Assembly: GCA_038087875.1 (NCBI GenBank)
Contig: CM075992.1
Span: forward strand, 3,598,001 to 3,662,000
DNA length: 64,000 bases
Direction: 5' to 3'
Source: Malacoraja senta
Lineage: Eukaryota
A program made the translations under genes and the position numbers. Below, one piece after another: positions 23,621-37,801 of this stretch. The notes beneath the pieces were generated by a model. The model saw only the letters and a program-made list of their open reading frames with translations. It was not told the DNA's origin and ran no database searches. Within the stretch, counting starts at the first letter, position 1. Every line of letters begins with the position of its first letter.

Positions 23621-24386
23621 GGCAGATTACTATCTAAATGGCGTCAAGTTGGGAAAAGGGGAAGTACAACGGGATCTGGGGGTCCTTGTTCATCAGTCTA
23701 TGAAAGTAAGCATGCAGGTACAGCAGGCAGTGAAAAAAGTGAATGGCATGTTGGCCTTTATAACAAGAGAGGTATAGGAGCAAAGAGGTCCTTCTGCAGT
23801 TGTACAGAGCCCTAGTGAGACCACACCTGGAGTATTGTGTGCAGTTATGGTCCCCTAATTTGAGGAAGGACATTCTTGCTATTGAGGGAGCGCAGGGTAG
23901 GTTTACAAGGTTAATTCCCGGGATGGCGGGACTGTCGTATGCTGAGAGAATGGAGCGGCTGGGCTTGTACACTCTGGAGTTTAGAAGGATGAGAGGGGAT
24001 CTTATTGAAACATATAAAATTGTTAAGGGTTTGGACACGCTAGAGGCAGGAAACATGTTCCCGATGTTGGGGGAGTCTAGAACCAGGGGCCACAGTGTAA
24101 GAATAAGGGGTACGCCATTTAGAACGGAGACGAGGAAACACTTTTTCTCACAGAGAGTGGTGAGTCTGTGGAATTCTCTGCCTCAGAGGGCGGTGGAGGC
24201 AGGTTCTCTGGATACTTTCAAGAGAGAGCTAGATAGGGCTCTTAAAGATAGCGGAGTCAGGGGATATGGGGGGAAGGCAGGAACGGGGTACTGATTGGGG
24301 ATGATCAGCCATGATCACATTGAATGGCGGTGCTGGCTCGAAGGGCCGAATGGCCTACTCCTGCACCTATTGTCTATTGTCTATTG
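23621..24386 (+). mobile_element. CR1 LINE 3' fragment
   Basis: 164-aa ORF2 C-terminus and (ATTGTCT)n tail. Confidence 0.95.
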
Positions 24387-25882
24387 TTTAATGACAGATA
24401 CAGCGATGGAAACTGGACCTTCAACCCACTGAAACCGTGTCAACCATGCTCAGCTGACTAAGTCCCTCTATTATTACATCGGGGACCTCCGGAGAAGTGT
24501 GAGGAGTTTATATTAATCACAGTAAGTAGGCATATTGGTGAAACGTTGGAATCATGTTTCCGTTGTGACTGGTAGGCCTGCCCAGAAAGCTAGGAACCGT
24601 CATGCATTCCCATCAGAGCACTTATTGGAAGGGTGTGTAGGAGGAACCAACTAATAGCCTCCATTTGCTCATCGCAGCAGCAGCAATTACAGGCCCTCAA
24701 ATAGCCTCCTCTCTCGCCTCAGAGACCCCATTAGGTAGAGTTTGTCCATTTCCACTCTGGAGGTCAACGCTAATGTCTTATCCATATTCTTGGCCGTGAC
24801 CAAGTGCTTTGTCTAAATGGGAGGAGAAGGAAATCGGATTAATTTGGGCCTAATCAAACCCTCTGAAGGCTCCAGGTTAGTTGACGTTGGCAAAATGCCC
24901 CAGAGTATCTGTTGTAACATGTTGCTGCTGAACGGAAGGGCGTAAGGCATGTGTGGAACTCACCACTAATTTGTCTGTCTCTCTTCCTCGTCGTTACGGA
25001 ACATTGGTGTACAAAATCACACAGAAGGTTTGCATTTAATATAGAACGTTGAGCACTACAGCACAGCACAGGAACGGGCCTTTCAGCCCACGATGTCTGT
25101 GCCGAACATGACGCCAAGTTAAACTGATCTCATCTGCCTGTACACAATCCATACCCCTCCATTCCCCACAGCCATCAGGCTATTAAACTCAACTCAAACA
25201 AAACTCTGAACATTAATAGCCCATTATCAGTTTATTTGCACTTTATCTGTTTTATTTATTCATGTGTGTATATATTTATGCAATGGTATATGGACACACT
25301 GATCTGTGCTGAAGCAAAGTAAGAATTTCATTGTCCTATCTGGGACACATGACAATAAACTCTCTTGTATCTTGAATCTTGAATTTCCATGTGCCTATCT
25401 AAATGCTTCTTAAACACCAATATCGTAGCTGCCTCCACCACCACCCCTGGCAATGTGTTCCAGGCACCCACACCACTCTCTGAATGAAAAACAATGTCCT
25501 TTAAACTTTCCCCTCTCACCTTCACGTTAGCACCTCTCATCTTTGATATCTCCACCCTGGCAAAAATATTCTGACTGTCCACCCTATCTATGCCTTCCAG
25601 CGTTGGTGATTTGGTTGACAAATTCTTGATTACGATACAACACGATAGAACTTTATTTATCCCAGGAGGGAAATTGATCTGCTGACAGTCACAGTACATG
25701 AAACATGAAATTAAAGTGAAGAGTGGAAAGGATTGGGCATGTGCAAAGATTGGGGAGAAGGGGAGAAGGGAGGGGGGAGGGGAGGGAAGGGAGGGGAGAC
25801 AGTCTACAAGGGTGTCATAGGTTATTGGGAGAAGGCAGGAGAATGGGGTTGAGAGGGAATTGATTTACAGTCCGAACCTTTT

Positions 25883-26126
25883 TGTCAAAGACTATGAGGG
25901 CGTAGCTTTAAGGTGAGAGGGCCAAAGTTTAATGTCAAAGACTAGAGGGCGTAGCTTTAAGGTGAGAGGGCCAAAGTTTAATGTCAAAGACTAGAGGGTG
26001 TAGCTTTAAGGTGAGAGGGCCAAAGTTTAATGTCAAAGACTAGAGGGTGTAGCTTTAAGGTGAGAGGGCCAAAGTTTAATGTCAAAGACTAGAGGGCGTA
26101 GCTTTAAGGTGAGAGGGCCAAAGTTT
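25883..26126 (+). repeat. 49-bp tandem repeat x5 at the 5' edge of a CR1 fragment
   Basis: TGTCAAAGAC at 25883, 25933, 25982, 26031 and 26080. Confidence 0.95.
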
Positions 26127-27831
26127 GAAGGAGATGTACAGGGCATGTTTTTTTACACAGAGAGTGGTGGGTGCCTGGAACGTGCTGCCATGGGTGGTGG
26201 TGGAGGCGGATACAATAGTGATGTTTAAGAGGGTTTTAGATGGGCACATGGAGGGAATGGAGGGACATGGATCATATGCAGGCAGAGGAGATTCGTTTAT
26301 CTTGGCATTATGTTCACCTATAATTTAGAATAGGTGGGTGACAGACGAATCAGACTGGGGTTGGTAGGTACGAGAGATAGAACAGGTTACAGTGAATCAA
26401 ATGGGTGAATTGGGTTGATGGGATTGCTCTGAGTGCCAACATAGACCTGATGGGCCTAATGGCCTCCTATCTCTTGCGAAACATGAGAAATTGGAGAACC
26501 AAACCACAAATGGACACAGATTTTCAAAGGATAATGGGAAAAAAAGGACTCATATCAAATCAATTTGATCTTGAAAATAAGTTGGGAAATATGACATGGA
26601 GATAATGTTCGCTGACAGATAAATCGATGGATGGAATTAGCTGGTTATCCTCCAACCGCACCAGATAGCCCCAAAGGGCAGAGAGATGGGAAAACATAGT
26701 GAAAGCAATTTATGCCTTGGTGTGATGGTTAAATTGCTAGATTAAGCAACCAGAGTGGTAGACCATTGAATCAGAGATGCAAGTTCCAATATCACCACGG
26801 CAACTGGGGAATTACATTAAAATAATTAAATAATTCTGGAACGAAGAAGAAAACCAGATAGTTTCAAATAACCAGCCGTTCCAGTTTATGTGCAGATTGA
26901 TTAAACATCAACCAACAGTTTTAACTGTGATTATGTCTCCACGGATGATACCTAACCTGCTGGCTATTTTTTTTTAGCATTTTATGGTTATATGGACATA
27001 TTTTAATTGGGTAATCGCTCCTCATAATTTAAACAGGTAACAGCCTGGCAAAGGTAGACACAAAAAGCTGGAGTAACTCAGCGGGACAGGCAGCATCTCT
27101 GGAAGGAAGGAATGGGTGAGGTTTCAGGTGGAGACCCTTCCCCTGAGTCTGAATAATGTCACCCATTCCTTCTCTCCGGAGATGCTGCCTGTTCCTCCAA
27201 GTTACTCCAGCATTTTGTTTCTGCAGTGAAAACCAGCAGCTGCAGTTCCTTCCTACACATATCAGCCTGGTAAATCAGGTTTCATTTAGAGATACAGCAA
27301 GGAGTCAGACCTCTGGAACATAGAGTCCACGCTGACCACCTGTTCTATGCTATCCCACATTCACATCCACTCCCTGCGCACTAGGGGTAATTTACAGGGG
27401 GCCCAGTTAACCAACAAACCCGCACGTCTTTAAAATGTGGCAAGAATCTGGAGCAAACCCGCGCGGTCACAGGGAGAACGTGCAAACTGCACATCGGTAG
27501 CACCCGAGGACGGGATCGATCTGGGTCTATGGTGCTGTGAGGCGGCAGCTCTACCAGCTGTGCCACTGGGTCACCCTAAATTAATATCGATATCCACACA
27601 TATCTGTGTGGTTTGGGCGTTCTTCCTGTGACCGCGTGGGTTTCCTCCGGGTGCTCCGGTTTCCTCCCACATCCCAAAGACGTGCGGGTTTGTGGGTTAA
27701 TTGACCTCTGTAAATTGTCCCCTAGTGTGTAGGGAGTGGATGAGAAAGTGGGATAACATAGAACTAGTGTGAACCAGCGGTCAATGGTCATCCTGGACCC
27801 GGTGGGCCGAAGGGCCTGTTTCCATGCTGTA

Positions 27832-27862
<31 letters not shown>

Positions 27863-28152
27863 ATAAAATCTCCAGGTAACTCTTAAAAATAACTATTGAA
27901 TGACTATTTTTGGAGTTGTGGGTTGTTTGGACAGCAAAGCTAAGTATAGGGAGATAAAAGCTCTGGAGATGAACGCATTCCATTGATTGTAAAGATGTTT
28001 TGGAAGCAGTTAAGATGGCAATACAAGTCTTCAGGAAATTAATCATTTGTTGCCTTTGAGACAAATTAACAACTTTATGGAAACATGAAGTGAATAACGG
28101 AAGCTGATCCAAGTCCTGGTGGCGAGACATTGGAATTTATGTATATTTTAGG

Positions 28153-28215
28153 ACACACACACACGTACGCTCACACACGCTCACTCACACACACATACAC
28201 ACACACACGCGCACA

Positions 28216-28290
<75 letters not shown>

Positions 28291-28343
28291 ACACACATAC
28301 ACACACACACACATACACACACACATACACACACACGCGCACA

Positions 28344-28410
<67 letters not shown>

Positions 28411-28429
28411 ACACACACACACGCGCACA

Positions 28430-28462
<33 letters not shown>

Positions 28463-28515
28463 ACACGCACACACACACACACCCACACATACACACACAC
28501 ACACACGCGCGCACA

Positions 28516-28550
<35 letters not shown>

Positions 28551-28555
28551 GCACA

Positions 28556-28588
<33 letters not shown>

Positions 28589-29007
28589 ACACGCACGCAC
28601 ACACACACACACCACACACACTCACTCACACACCCATACACACACACACACACACATACACACACGCACGCACACACACGCACGCACACACACACACGCA
28701 CACACACCCACACGCACCCACACGCACACACACACACACCACACACACCCACACACACACACACACACACACACTCACTCACTCACTCACTCACTCACAC
28801 ACACACACACACACACACACGCTCACTCACTCACTCACTCACACACGCACACACAAACGCTCACACACACTCGCTCACATACACACACAGACACATACAC
28901 ACACAGACACATACACACACACGCTCACATATACGCTCTCACACACGTACACATACACGTATACATACACATGCGCACACACACATATACAATATGCATA
29001 CACACGG

Positions 29008-29050
<43 letters not shown>

Positions 29051-29225
29051 CCCGCACGCACACGCACACACCACACACACCCACACACCCACACACCCAC
29101 ACACCCACACACACGCACACGCACACACCCACATACGCACGCACGCGCACACACACACACACACGCACACACACACACACACACACACACTCACTCACAT
29201 ACACACACACATACACACACTCACT

Positions 29226-29276
<51 letters not shown>

Positions 29277-29449
29277 ACACTCACTCACATACACACACAC
29301 ACGCACACACAAACGCTCACACATACTCACTCACATACACACAGACACATACACACACACGCTCACATATACGCTCACACACACACGTACACATACACAT
29401 ACACGTATACATACACGTGCACACACACATATACAATATGCATACACAC

Positions 29450-29544
<95 letters not shown>

Positions 29545-29938
29545 TCACACACACACACACGCTCACACACACACACATACACATACACGTGCACACACAC
29601 ACATACATATACATACACATGGACACACACACACAGATACACTCACAGTCACACACACATACATACACATATATGCACACATAAAGTCACACACATACAG
29701 AGACACACATACAGTCACACATATACACATAAACACACATGCACATACACACATACATACACACACACAGACACACTCACAGTCACACACATAATCATAC
29801 ACAGACACACACATACACAAATTCACACATATTCATACATACACATACACACAGATTTACACATAAGTACACTCAGACTCTTTCAAACACACAAAGACGT
29901 ACATGCAGACACATACACAGTCACAGTCACACATACAT
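28153..29938. repeat. ~1.8-kb degenerate (CA)n
   Basis: Seen directly. Confidence 0.98.
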
Positions 29939-30164
29939 AGTGGCAAAGGTGAAGATACAACATTGAAATGTCAGGTCAATCATCTCTGCTCAGGATGCCT
30001 TTCTTCTCCTGCATTTATGGTCAAGTATAAAGGATCCCCTCTGGTTTAAGTGAACAAGACCTGAGGGGCAAGTGTGGGGGGGTGGGTTTGCCATTGATAT
30101 TGTGTTGGGGGGTTTTACCTTTTGGCCAGTACTCTTGTTCATCCACCGACAGTCACGGACAAAA

Positions 30165-30445
30165 GGGCGGCACGGTGGCGCAGCGGTGGAGACCCGGGGT
30201 CAACCCAGCCACTTTGTTTGTACCTTCTCCCCGTGACCCGCGTGGGGTTTTTCTCCGGGTGCTCCGGTTTTCTCCCACACTCCAAAGACCTTGCAGGTTT
30301 GTAGGTGAATTGGCTTGGTATTCTTCCAAATTGTCCCTAGTGTGTGCGGGATAGTGTTAATGTGCGGGGATCGCTGGTCGGTGCGGACTCGGTGGGCTGA
30401 AGGGCCTGTTTCCGAGCTGTATCTCTAAACTAAACTAAACTAAAA
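30165..30445 (+). mobile_element. HE1-like V-SINE
   Basis: Same consensus, head partly deleted. Confidence 0.82.
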
Positions 30446-30887
30446 ACTCACTCTCCTCACTAGAATAATATAAATAATTTCTTTACTTTGGCTGTCTGGA
30501 AATAACATTGAGTAAAGTTGATTATTATAACTCCTCAGTTTAATTCATATTAGAGCATAGATCACTGTCCCATGTATTCATTGATTAAAGTGTGCTTTTA
30601 GGGGTGAACTTGTTCCACAGTGTGAGCCAAAAGCATAATGTGGAATTTAATAATAATAATAATAATAATAAATTGTATTTATGGGTGCCTTATACCAAAG
30701 TCTCAAGGACACCTTACAGAATTTAACAAGTAAGAAACATATAATCGGAGTAAAATAAATTATAAAGACATCACCAATACACAAATTAAAGACAGAATTC
30801 GATCCAAAGACAAAAAAATCAGAAACACTATGTGAAGAGAGAGCAGCGGCAGCTAAACCGCGCCAGCGTCCACTCTCCCTTCCGACC

Positions 30888-31177
30888 TAGAGATGTAGCG
30901 TGGAAACAGGCCCATCGGCCCATCGAGTCCATGCCGACCATCGATCACCCCGTACACTATTTCCATCCTACACACTAGGGACAATTTACAGAAGCCAATT
31001 AACCTACAAACCTGCACGCCTTTGGAGTGTGGGAGGAAATTGGAGCACCCGGAGAAAACCCACGCGGTCACGGGGTGAATATAATAACTCCGTACAGACA
31101 GTACCCGTAGTCAGGATTGAACCCGGGCCTCAGGCTCTGTAAGGCAGCTACTCTACCGCTGTGGCACTGTGCCGCCC
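30888..31177 (-). mobile_element. HE1-like V-SINE
   Basis: Same consensus. Confidence 0.85.
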
Positions 31178-31313
31178 AATTCTCAATGTTGAGAATTGAG
31201 TCATAGAGTCATTCAGAGCAAGAACAGGCCCTTCGGCCCAACTCGTCCATGCAAGCCCCCATCTAAGGTAGTCCAATTTGACCCAGATATTTCAGAACCT
31301 TTTCTATACATTT

Positions 31314-31414
31314 TTGTCTGAAGTCTGAAGAAGGGTTTCGGCCCGAAACGTTGCCTATTTCCTTCGCTCCATAGATGCTGCTGCACCCGCTGAGTTTCTC
31401 CAGCATTTTTGTGT
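31314..31414 (+). mobile_element. Penelope-derived mini-element with hammerhead core (31325-31352)
   Basis: 17-bp duplication ACCTTTTCTATACATTT at 31297-31313 and 31415-31431. Intact core. Confidence 0.8.
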
Positions 31415-33216
31415 ACCTTTTCTATACATTTACCTGACTAAATGTCTTTTTGAATGTTATTAATGTACCTGCCTCCACACCTCCCCCTGAGTTATAAACA
31501 TCTATGGCCGTATCATGGTAGTCAGTCTATTTCCAAGGCAGAATCAGGGAGCGGTTACTACAGTCGAGGCCATTCAACCCATTGAGTTTGTGCTGGTCAC
31601 AACAGCAGCAAATAGTCCCATTTGCTCTCTCCCTCCCCAACCCTCCCCCAAATTTTCACCGACTGAAAGTCCCCATTGTAATCGAAGACTAGAGGTAATA
31701 TCTTTAAGCTGAGAGGGGAAAAGTGTGCAGATGTGTAGGGAAAGCTTTTGCGCAGGTGTTGATGCGTGACTGGAACAAGCTGCCAGGGGTGGTGGTGGAG
31801 GCAGATATTTGATGTGGCATTGAGGTGGTTTTTAGATGAGCTAAACTAAACTAAACATCCGTTCCATCTTCTAGCTTTGTTTAGAGATATGGCGTGGAAA
31901 CAGGCCCTTCAGCCCACTGAGTCCACCCCGACCATTGATTCCCGCACACTAACACCATCTTATAGACTAGGGACAATATGCACTTACCAAAGCCAAATTA
32001 ATCTACAAATGAAACAAACAAACATAAGTTGAACATGAAACCCCGCCATTTCTCCCAATTGTTAAAAAAACAGAAGCTTGGCTTGGTATAAAGGTACAAT
32101 GTCAAGTTGTCCCTAGTGTGTGTAGGGTAGTGTTAATGTGCGGGGATCGCTGGTCGGTGCAGACTTGGTGGGCCGAAGGGCCTGTTTCCGCGCTGTATCT
32201 CTAAACTAAGCTAAGCTAAAAAATATAAGCCGGAGCTAGACACAAAATGCTGGAGTAACTCAGGAGAGCCTGTCCCCGCTGAGTTACTCCAGCATTTTGT
32301 GTCTAGCTTCGATTTAAACCAGCATCTGCAGTTCTGTCCTAAAAATATGCCAGTACTGGGAAATAAATAAATTAATGCAAAAGATCATGGTAAAGAACAC
32401 AGAGATGTGTCAAGTTTCACATTTAATTTGCAAATTAGTTTTAGATTGTTTCCTTCTGTGTGGTTATTGATAGGGGACGATCAGCCATGATCACAATGAA
32501 TGGCGGTGCTGGCTCGAAGGGCCGAATGGCCTCCTCCTGCACCTATTTTCTATGTTTCTATGTTTCAAGCTTTGTACAGCTGGGATTAAAGTCCAAAAAA
32601 GAATCAAAGATTACCATCATCTGTTTAGACAGATAAAATAGTGTTCCAGAAATCTAATATTGGAGATATGAAGTGGCTCTCTATATAGTCTTGTGGTCAG
32701 CAATGTTTACTTGTTAGGTCCTGTTACTGAATAATATATGTACACAAATCCCAGCCAGCATGGAAACGGTTAACAGAGACATCATCCATTCAAAGCACGA
32801 CTAGCATCATGTCCTGTATTGTTTTTTCATCCACTTAACTGTAATTTGTTAGATGTCTTTACTCGTTACATTTTGCCAAGAATTAATCCTGCTCTTTTGT
32901 TTTCTTCTTTCAAAATGGACAGTCAGATCCATTTTCCCAGGGTGGCAATATCAAAGACTTGAGGACGCAGCTCATAGAGGCTTTTAATTAGGCACATGGA
33001 TATGCAGGGAATGGAGGGATATGGATCACATGCAGGAAGAAGAGATTAGTTCATCTTGACATTATGTTAGGCTGTAATTTACCCCTAGTGTAGGTCATAC
33101 AGTCACAGAGTCATGTCAAGTCAAGTCATATTTATTTATATAGCACATTTAAAAAACAACTCTCGTTGGCCAAAGTGCTTTACATTGGATAGTACAACAA
33201 ACAAACATACATATAG

Positions 33217-33322
33217 GAGGAGATATGTCTGAAGAAGGGTTTCGGCCCGAAACGTTACCTATTTCCTTCGCTCCATGGATGCTGCTGCACCCGCTGAGTT
33301 TCTCCAGCATTTTTGTGTACCT
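33217..33322 (+). mobile_element. Penelope-derived mini-element with hammerhead core (33229-33256)
   Basis: 12-bp TSD ACATACATATAG at 33205-33216 and 33323-33334. Intact core with an extended helix I. Confidence 0.8.
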
Positions 33323-34149
33323 ACATACATATAGCCCTCGCTCAGAGGACGTCAAGAAAGGCTTGGGAGTACATGGAGTCATACAGCGTGGAAACAGGCC
33401 CCTGGGCTCAACTTGCCCACACCGACCAACATGTCCCATCTACTCTAGTCCCACCGGCCTGCGCTTGTTCCATATACCTCTATACCTGTCCTATTAATAT
33501 ACCTGTCCAATTGCTTCTTAAAAATGTTGCGATGGTCCCTGCCTCAACTACCTCCTCCAGCAGCTCGTTCCATACACCCACCACCCTTTGCGTGAAAAAG
33601 TTACCCCTCACCTTAAACCTTTGCTCTGCAATACTCGATTCCCCCCTCTCTGGGCAAGAGACTGTGTGTCTACCCAACCCTATTCTTCTCATGCTGGGTG
33701 AAAGAAGAATCACGTGCAGGCAGACGAGATAAGTTTAAACTTGGCATTCATGTACGGCATGGACTTTGTGGGCCGAATGGCCTGTTCCTGTGCTGTACCC
33801 TTCTGTGTTCTATGTTCTTAAAGAGAGGTTTACTGCAATGTTGGTCATGAACTCTGCCGTAGTTTGTAGAGACTGTTTAAAAGGACACCATTGACTATGT
33901 AAATAAGCTCTCTAGAGTAGACTGTTGTAGCAAATTGTTTGCTTTAGTGCATGGAAATTTAATTTGTTTACTGAGGATTTAGATAGAGTAAACAGGAGGC
34001 AACAAATCTTCCAACTCGGGGGATGACACCAGTGCTCCCACCATGGTTTTTTAATGGATACCCTTGATGAAGGATTAAGGTTTGTTGTAATATGACCCGA
34101 CAAGTGGAGCAGAAGAAAGAGCCAAGCATAACACATTAACCATAACAAA

Positions 34150-34647
34150 ACATAGAAACATAGAAAATAAGTGCAGGAGTAGGCCATTTGGCCCTTCGAG
34201 CCAGCACCGCCATTCAATATGATCATGGCTGATCATCCAAAATCAGTACCCCCGTTCCTGCTTTCACCCCATATCCCTTGATTCCCTTAGCCCTAAGAGC
34301 TATGGCTAACTCTCTTGAATACATCCAGTGAATTGACCTCCACTGCCTTCTGTGGCAGAGAATTTCCACAGATTCACATATCTCTGGGTGAAAAAGTTTT
34401 TCCTTATCTCAGTCCTAAATGGCCGACCCCTTATTCTTAAACTGTGACCCCTGGTTCTGGACTCCCCCAACATGGGGAACATTTTTCCTGCATCTAGCCT
34501 GTCCAATCCCTTAATCATTTTATATGTTTCTGAAAGACCCCCCATCTAAATTCTTCTAAATTCCCGTGAATACAAGCCCAGTCGATCCATTCTTTCATCA
34601 TATGCTGGTCCCGCCATCCCGGGAATAAACCTGGTGAACCTGCGCTG
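34150..34647 (-). mobile_element. CR1 LINE 3' fragment
   Basis: Frameshifted ORF2 C-terminus and tail. Confidence 0.9.
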
Positions 34648-35669
34648 GTGGAGGTACTTTGAACCTTCACCTGAAACTCTACCGCTGCACGGTGGCTCAG
34701 CAGTAGAGTTGTTGCCTGACAGCGCCAGAGACCCGGGTTCCATCCTGACCTCAGGTGCTGTCTGGTACTCTGGTTTCCTCCCACAATCCAAAGACATGCA
34801 GGTTTGTAGGTTCTGAAGAAGGGTCTCGACCTGAACCATCACCTATTTCCTTTCTCCAGAGATGCTGTCTGACCCGCTGAGTCACTCCATCACTCCTGTT
34901 CCTTCCTGCACAGGTTTGTAGGTTAATTGGCTTCTGTAACATTGTCCCTAATGTGTAGTGTAAACCAGCATCTGCAGTTCCTTCCAACACAAAGGTTTTC
35001 CATTGTTTGGACAGAGGCAGTTGGAAGTGTGGAGAATGTCTTCCCTTTTGATGTAAAGGGTAACGTCACTTCATGCGCTTAGGGACTTGTGGCGCAGCGG
35101 GTAGAGCTGCTGCCTCGCAGCGCAAGAGACCCAGGTCCGATCCTGACCTCAGATGCTGACTATGTGGAGTTTGCACGTTCTCCCCGTGACTGCGTGGGTT
35201 TCCTCCGGGTGCTCCGGTTCGCAATTCCCAAAGGGGGATGTGCGGGTTTGTAGGTTAATTGGCCCTCTGTAAAATTGTCCATAGTGTGAAAGTGGGATAT
35301 CATAGAACGAGTGTGAATGGGTGATGGATGGTCAACTTGGACAAGGTCTTCACCTGAAACATTGACTCCATTTCTCTGGCCAAAGAAACAGTAGGTCCTG
35401 CTGATTATTTCCAGCATCTACTTTAGATATTTAGCATCTGATGTTTTTCTTTCACTCTTAATGACTCCTTTATAAATATTTAACTGATTTCCAAGTGCAA
35501 GTTGCTATTAAATGTGCTTCCAGCAGGCACGGACTTCCAGACTGCTGCAGAAAGATTTCTTTCCCCATGCAATCTCTGCTTTGTCACCGATTATCATCAT
35601 TTGTTAACTGCATTGTTTTGACAGATTCTTAAACTGTATGTCCGACCAATTCTCCTTTGGCTCACCGTT

Positions 35670-35975
35670 GTAGTTTAGTTTAGTTTAGAGATACTGCTCG
35701 GAAACAGGCCCTTCGGCCCACAGTGTCCGTGCCGACCAGCGATCCCCGCACACTAACACTATCCTACACACACTTTTTAAACATTTACACCAAGCCATTT
35801 AACTTACAAACCTGTACGTCTTTGGAGTGTGGGAGGAAAACGGAGATCTCGGAGAAAACCCACGCAGATCACGGGGAGAAGGTACAAACTCCGTCCAGAC
35901 AGCACCCGTGGTCGGGATCGAACCCGGGTCTCTGGCGCTGTAAGGCAGCAACTCTACTGCTGCGCCACCATGCCA
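35670..35975 (-). mobile_element. HE1-like V-SINE
   Basis: Same consensus. Confidence 0.85.
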
Positions 35976-36205
35976 CGGGGTGGGGGGATCATCTTTGCCG
36001 ATGTCCTACAAAAACACATTTTTTATACATTCCTTCCTTTAATCTCCAGACTCTGCCTGATTTATTGACTGCCGATAACATTCCATATATGTATTTTTTC
36101 TTCAACTTCACCGCTTGCTATCTAATCTCTACTCCCGGCCTTGAGTTGTCTATGGCCACGGTATATCAATTGCCATTACGTATCGAGCTTGACAACCAGA
36201 ATAAT

Positions 36206-37801
36206 GGTTTAAAGGCCGATAAATCACCAGGGCCAGATAGGCTGCATCCCAGAGTACTTAAGGAAGTAGCTCCAGAAATAGTGGATGCATTAGTGAGAAT
36301 TTTTCAAAACTCTTTAGATTCTGGAGTAGTTCCTGAGGATTGGAGGGTAGCAAACGTAACCCCACTTTTTAAGAAGGGAGGGAGAGAGAAAACGGGGAAT
36401 TACAGACCAGTTAGTCTAACATCGGTAGTGGGGAAACTGCTAGAGTCAGTTATTAAAGATGGGATAGCAGCACATTTGGAAAGTGGTGAAATCATTGGAC
36501 AAAGTCAGCATGGATTTACGAAAGGTAAATCGTGTCTGACGAATCTTATAGAATTTTTCGAGGATGTAACTAGTAGAGTGGATAGGGGAGAACCAGTGGA
36601 TGTGTTGTATCTGGACTTTCAGAAGGCTTTCGACAAGGTACCACATAAGAGATTAGGATACAAACTTAAATCACACGGTATTGAGGGTTCAGTATTGATG
36701 TGGATAGAGAACTGGCTGGCAAACAGGAAGCAAAGAGTAGGAGTAAACGGGTCCTTTTCACAATGGCAGGCAGTGACTAGTGGGGTACCGCAAGGCTCAG
36801 TGCTGGGACCCCAGCTATTTACAATTTATATTAATGATCTGGACGAGGGAATTGAAAGCAACATCTCCAAGTTTGCGGATGACACTAAGCTGGGGGGCAG
36901 TGTTAGCTGTGAGGAGGATGCTAGGAGACTGCAAGGTGACTTGGATAGGCTGGGTGAGTGGGCAAATGTTTGGCAGATGCAGTATAATGTGGATAAATGT
37001 GAGGTTTGGTGGCAAAAACGGGAAGGCAGACTATTATCTAAATGGTGGCCGATTAAGAAATGGGGAGATGCATCGAGACCTGGGTGTCATGGTACACCAG
37101 TCATTGAAAGTAGGCATGCAGGTGCAGCAGGCAGTGAAGAAAGCGAATGGTATGTTGGCCTTCATAGCAAGAGGATTTGAGTATAGGAGCAGGGAGGTTC
37201 TACTGCAGTTGTACAGGGTCTTGGTGAGACCACACCTGGAGTATTGCGTACAGTTTTGGTCTCCAAATCTGAGGAAGGACATTATAGCCATAGAGGGAGT
37301 GCAGAGAAGGTTCACCAGACTGATTCCTGGGATGTCAGGACTTTCATATGAAGAAAGACTGGATAGACTTGGCTTATACTCGCTAGAATTTAGGAGATTG
37401 AGAGGGGATCTTATAGAAACGTACAAAATTCTTATGGGGTTGGACAGGCTAGATGCAGGAAGATTGTTCCCGATGTTGGGGAAGTCCAGGACAAGGGGTC
37501 ACAGCTTAAGGATAAGGGGGAAATCCTTTAAGACCGAGATGAGGAAAAACTTTTTCACACAGAGAGTGGTGAATCTCTGGAACTCTCTGCCACAGAGGGT
37601 AGTTGAGGCCAGTTCATTGGCTATATTTAAGAGGGAGTTAGATGTGGCCCTTGTGGCTAAGGGGATCAGGGGGTATGGAGAGAAGGCATGTACGGGATAC
37701 TGAGTTGGATGATCAGCCATGATCATATTGAATGGCGGTGCAGGCTCGAAGGGCCGAATGGCCTACTCCTGCACCTATTTTCTATGTATCTATGTATCTA
37801 T
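36206..37801 (+). mobile_element. 5'-truncated CR1 LINE, RT frameshifted
   Basis: [35 protein letters not shown] and KFADD motifs. 8-nt deletion near 37005 relative to the 61381 copy. (TCTATGTA)n tail. Confidence 0.97.

Noticed and set aside
28130..29794. 554-aa His/Thr-rich ORF
   Set aside because: Read-through of a degenerate (CA)n microsatellite, open in several frames on both strands.
35723..37180. 485-aa ORF as an intact or domesticated RT gene
   Set aside because: It is SINE plus unique sequence fused in frame to a 5'-truncated, frameshifted CR1 ORF2 with no endonuclease domain.
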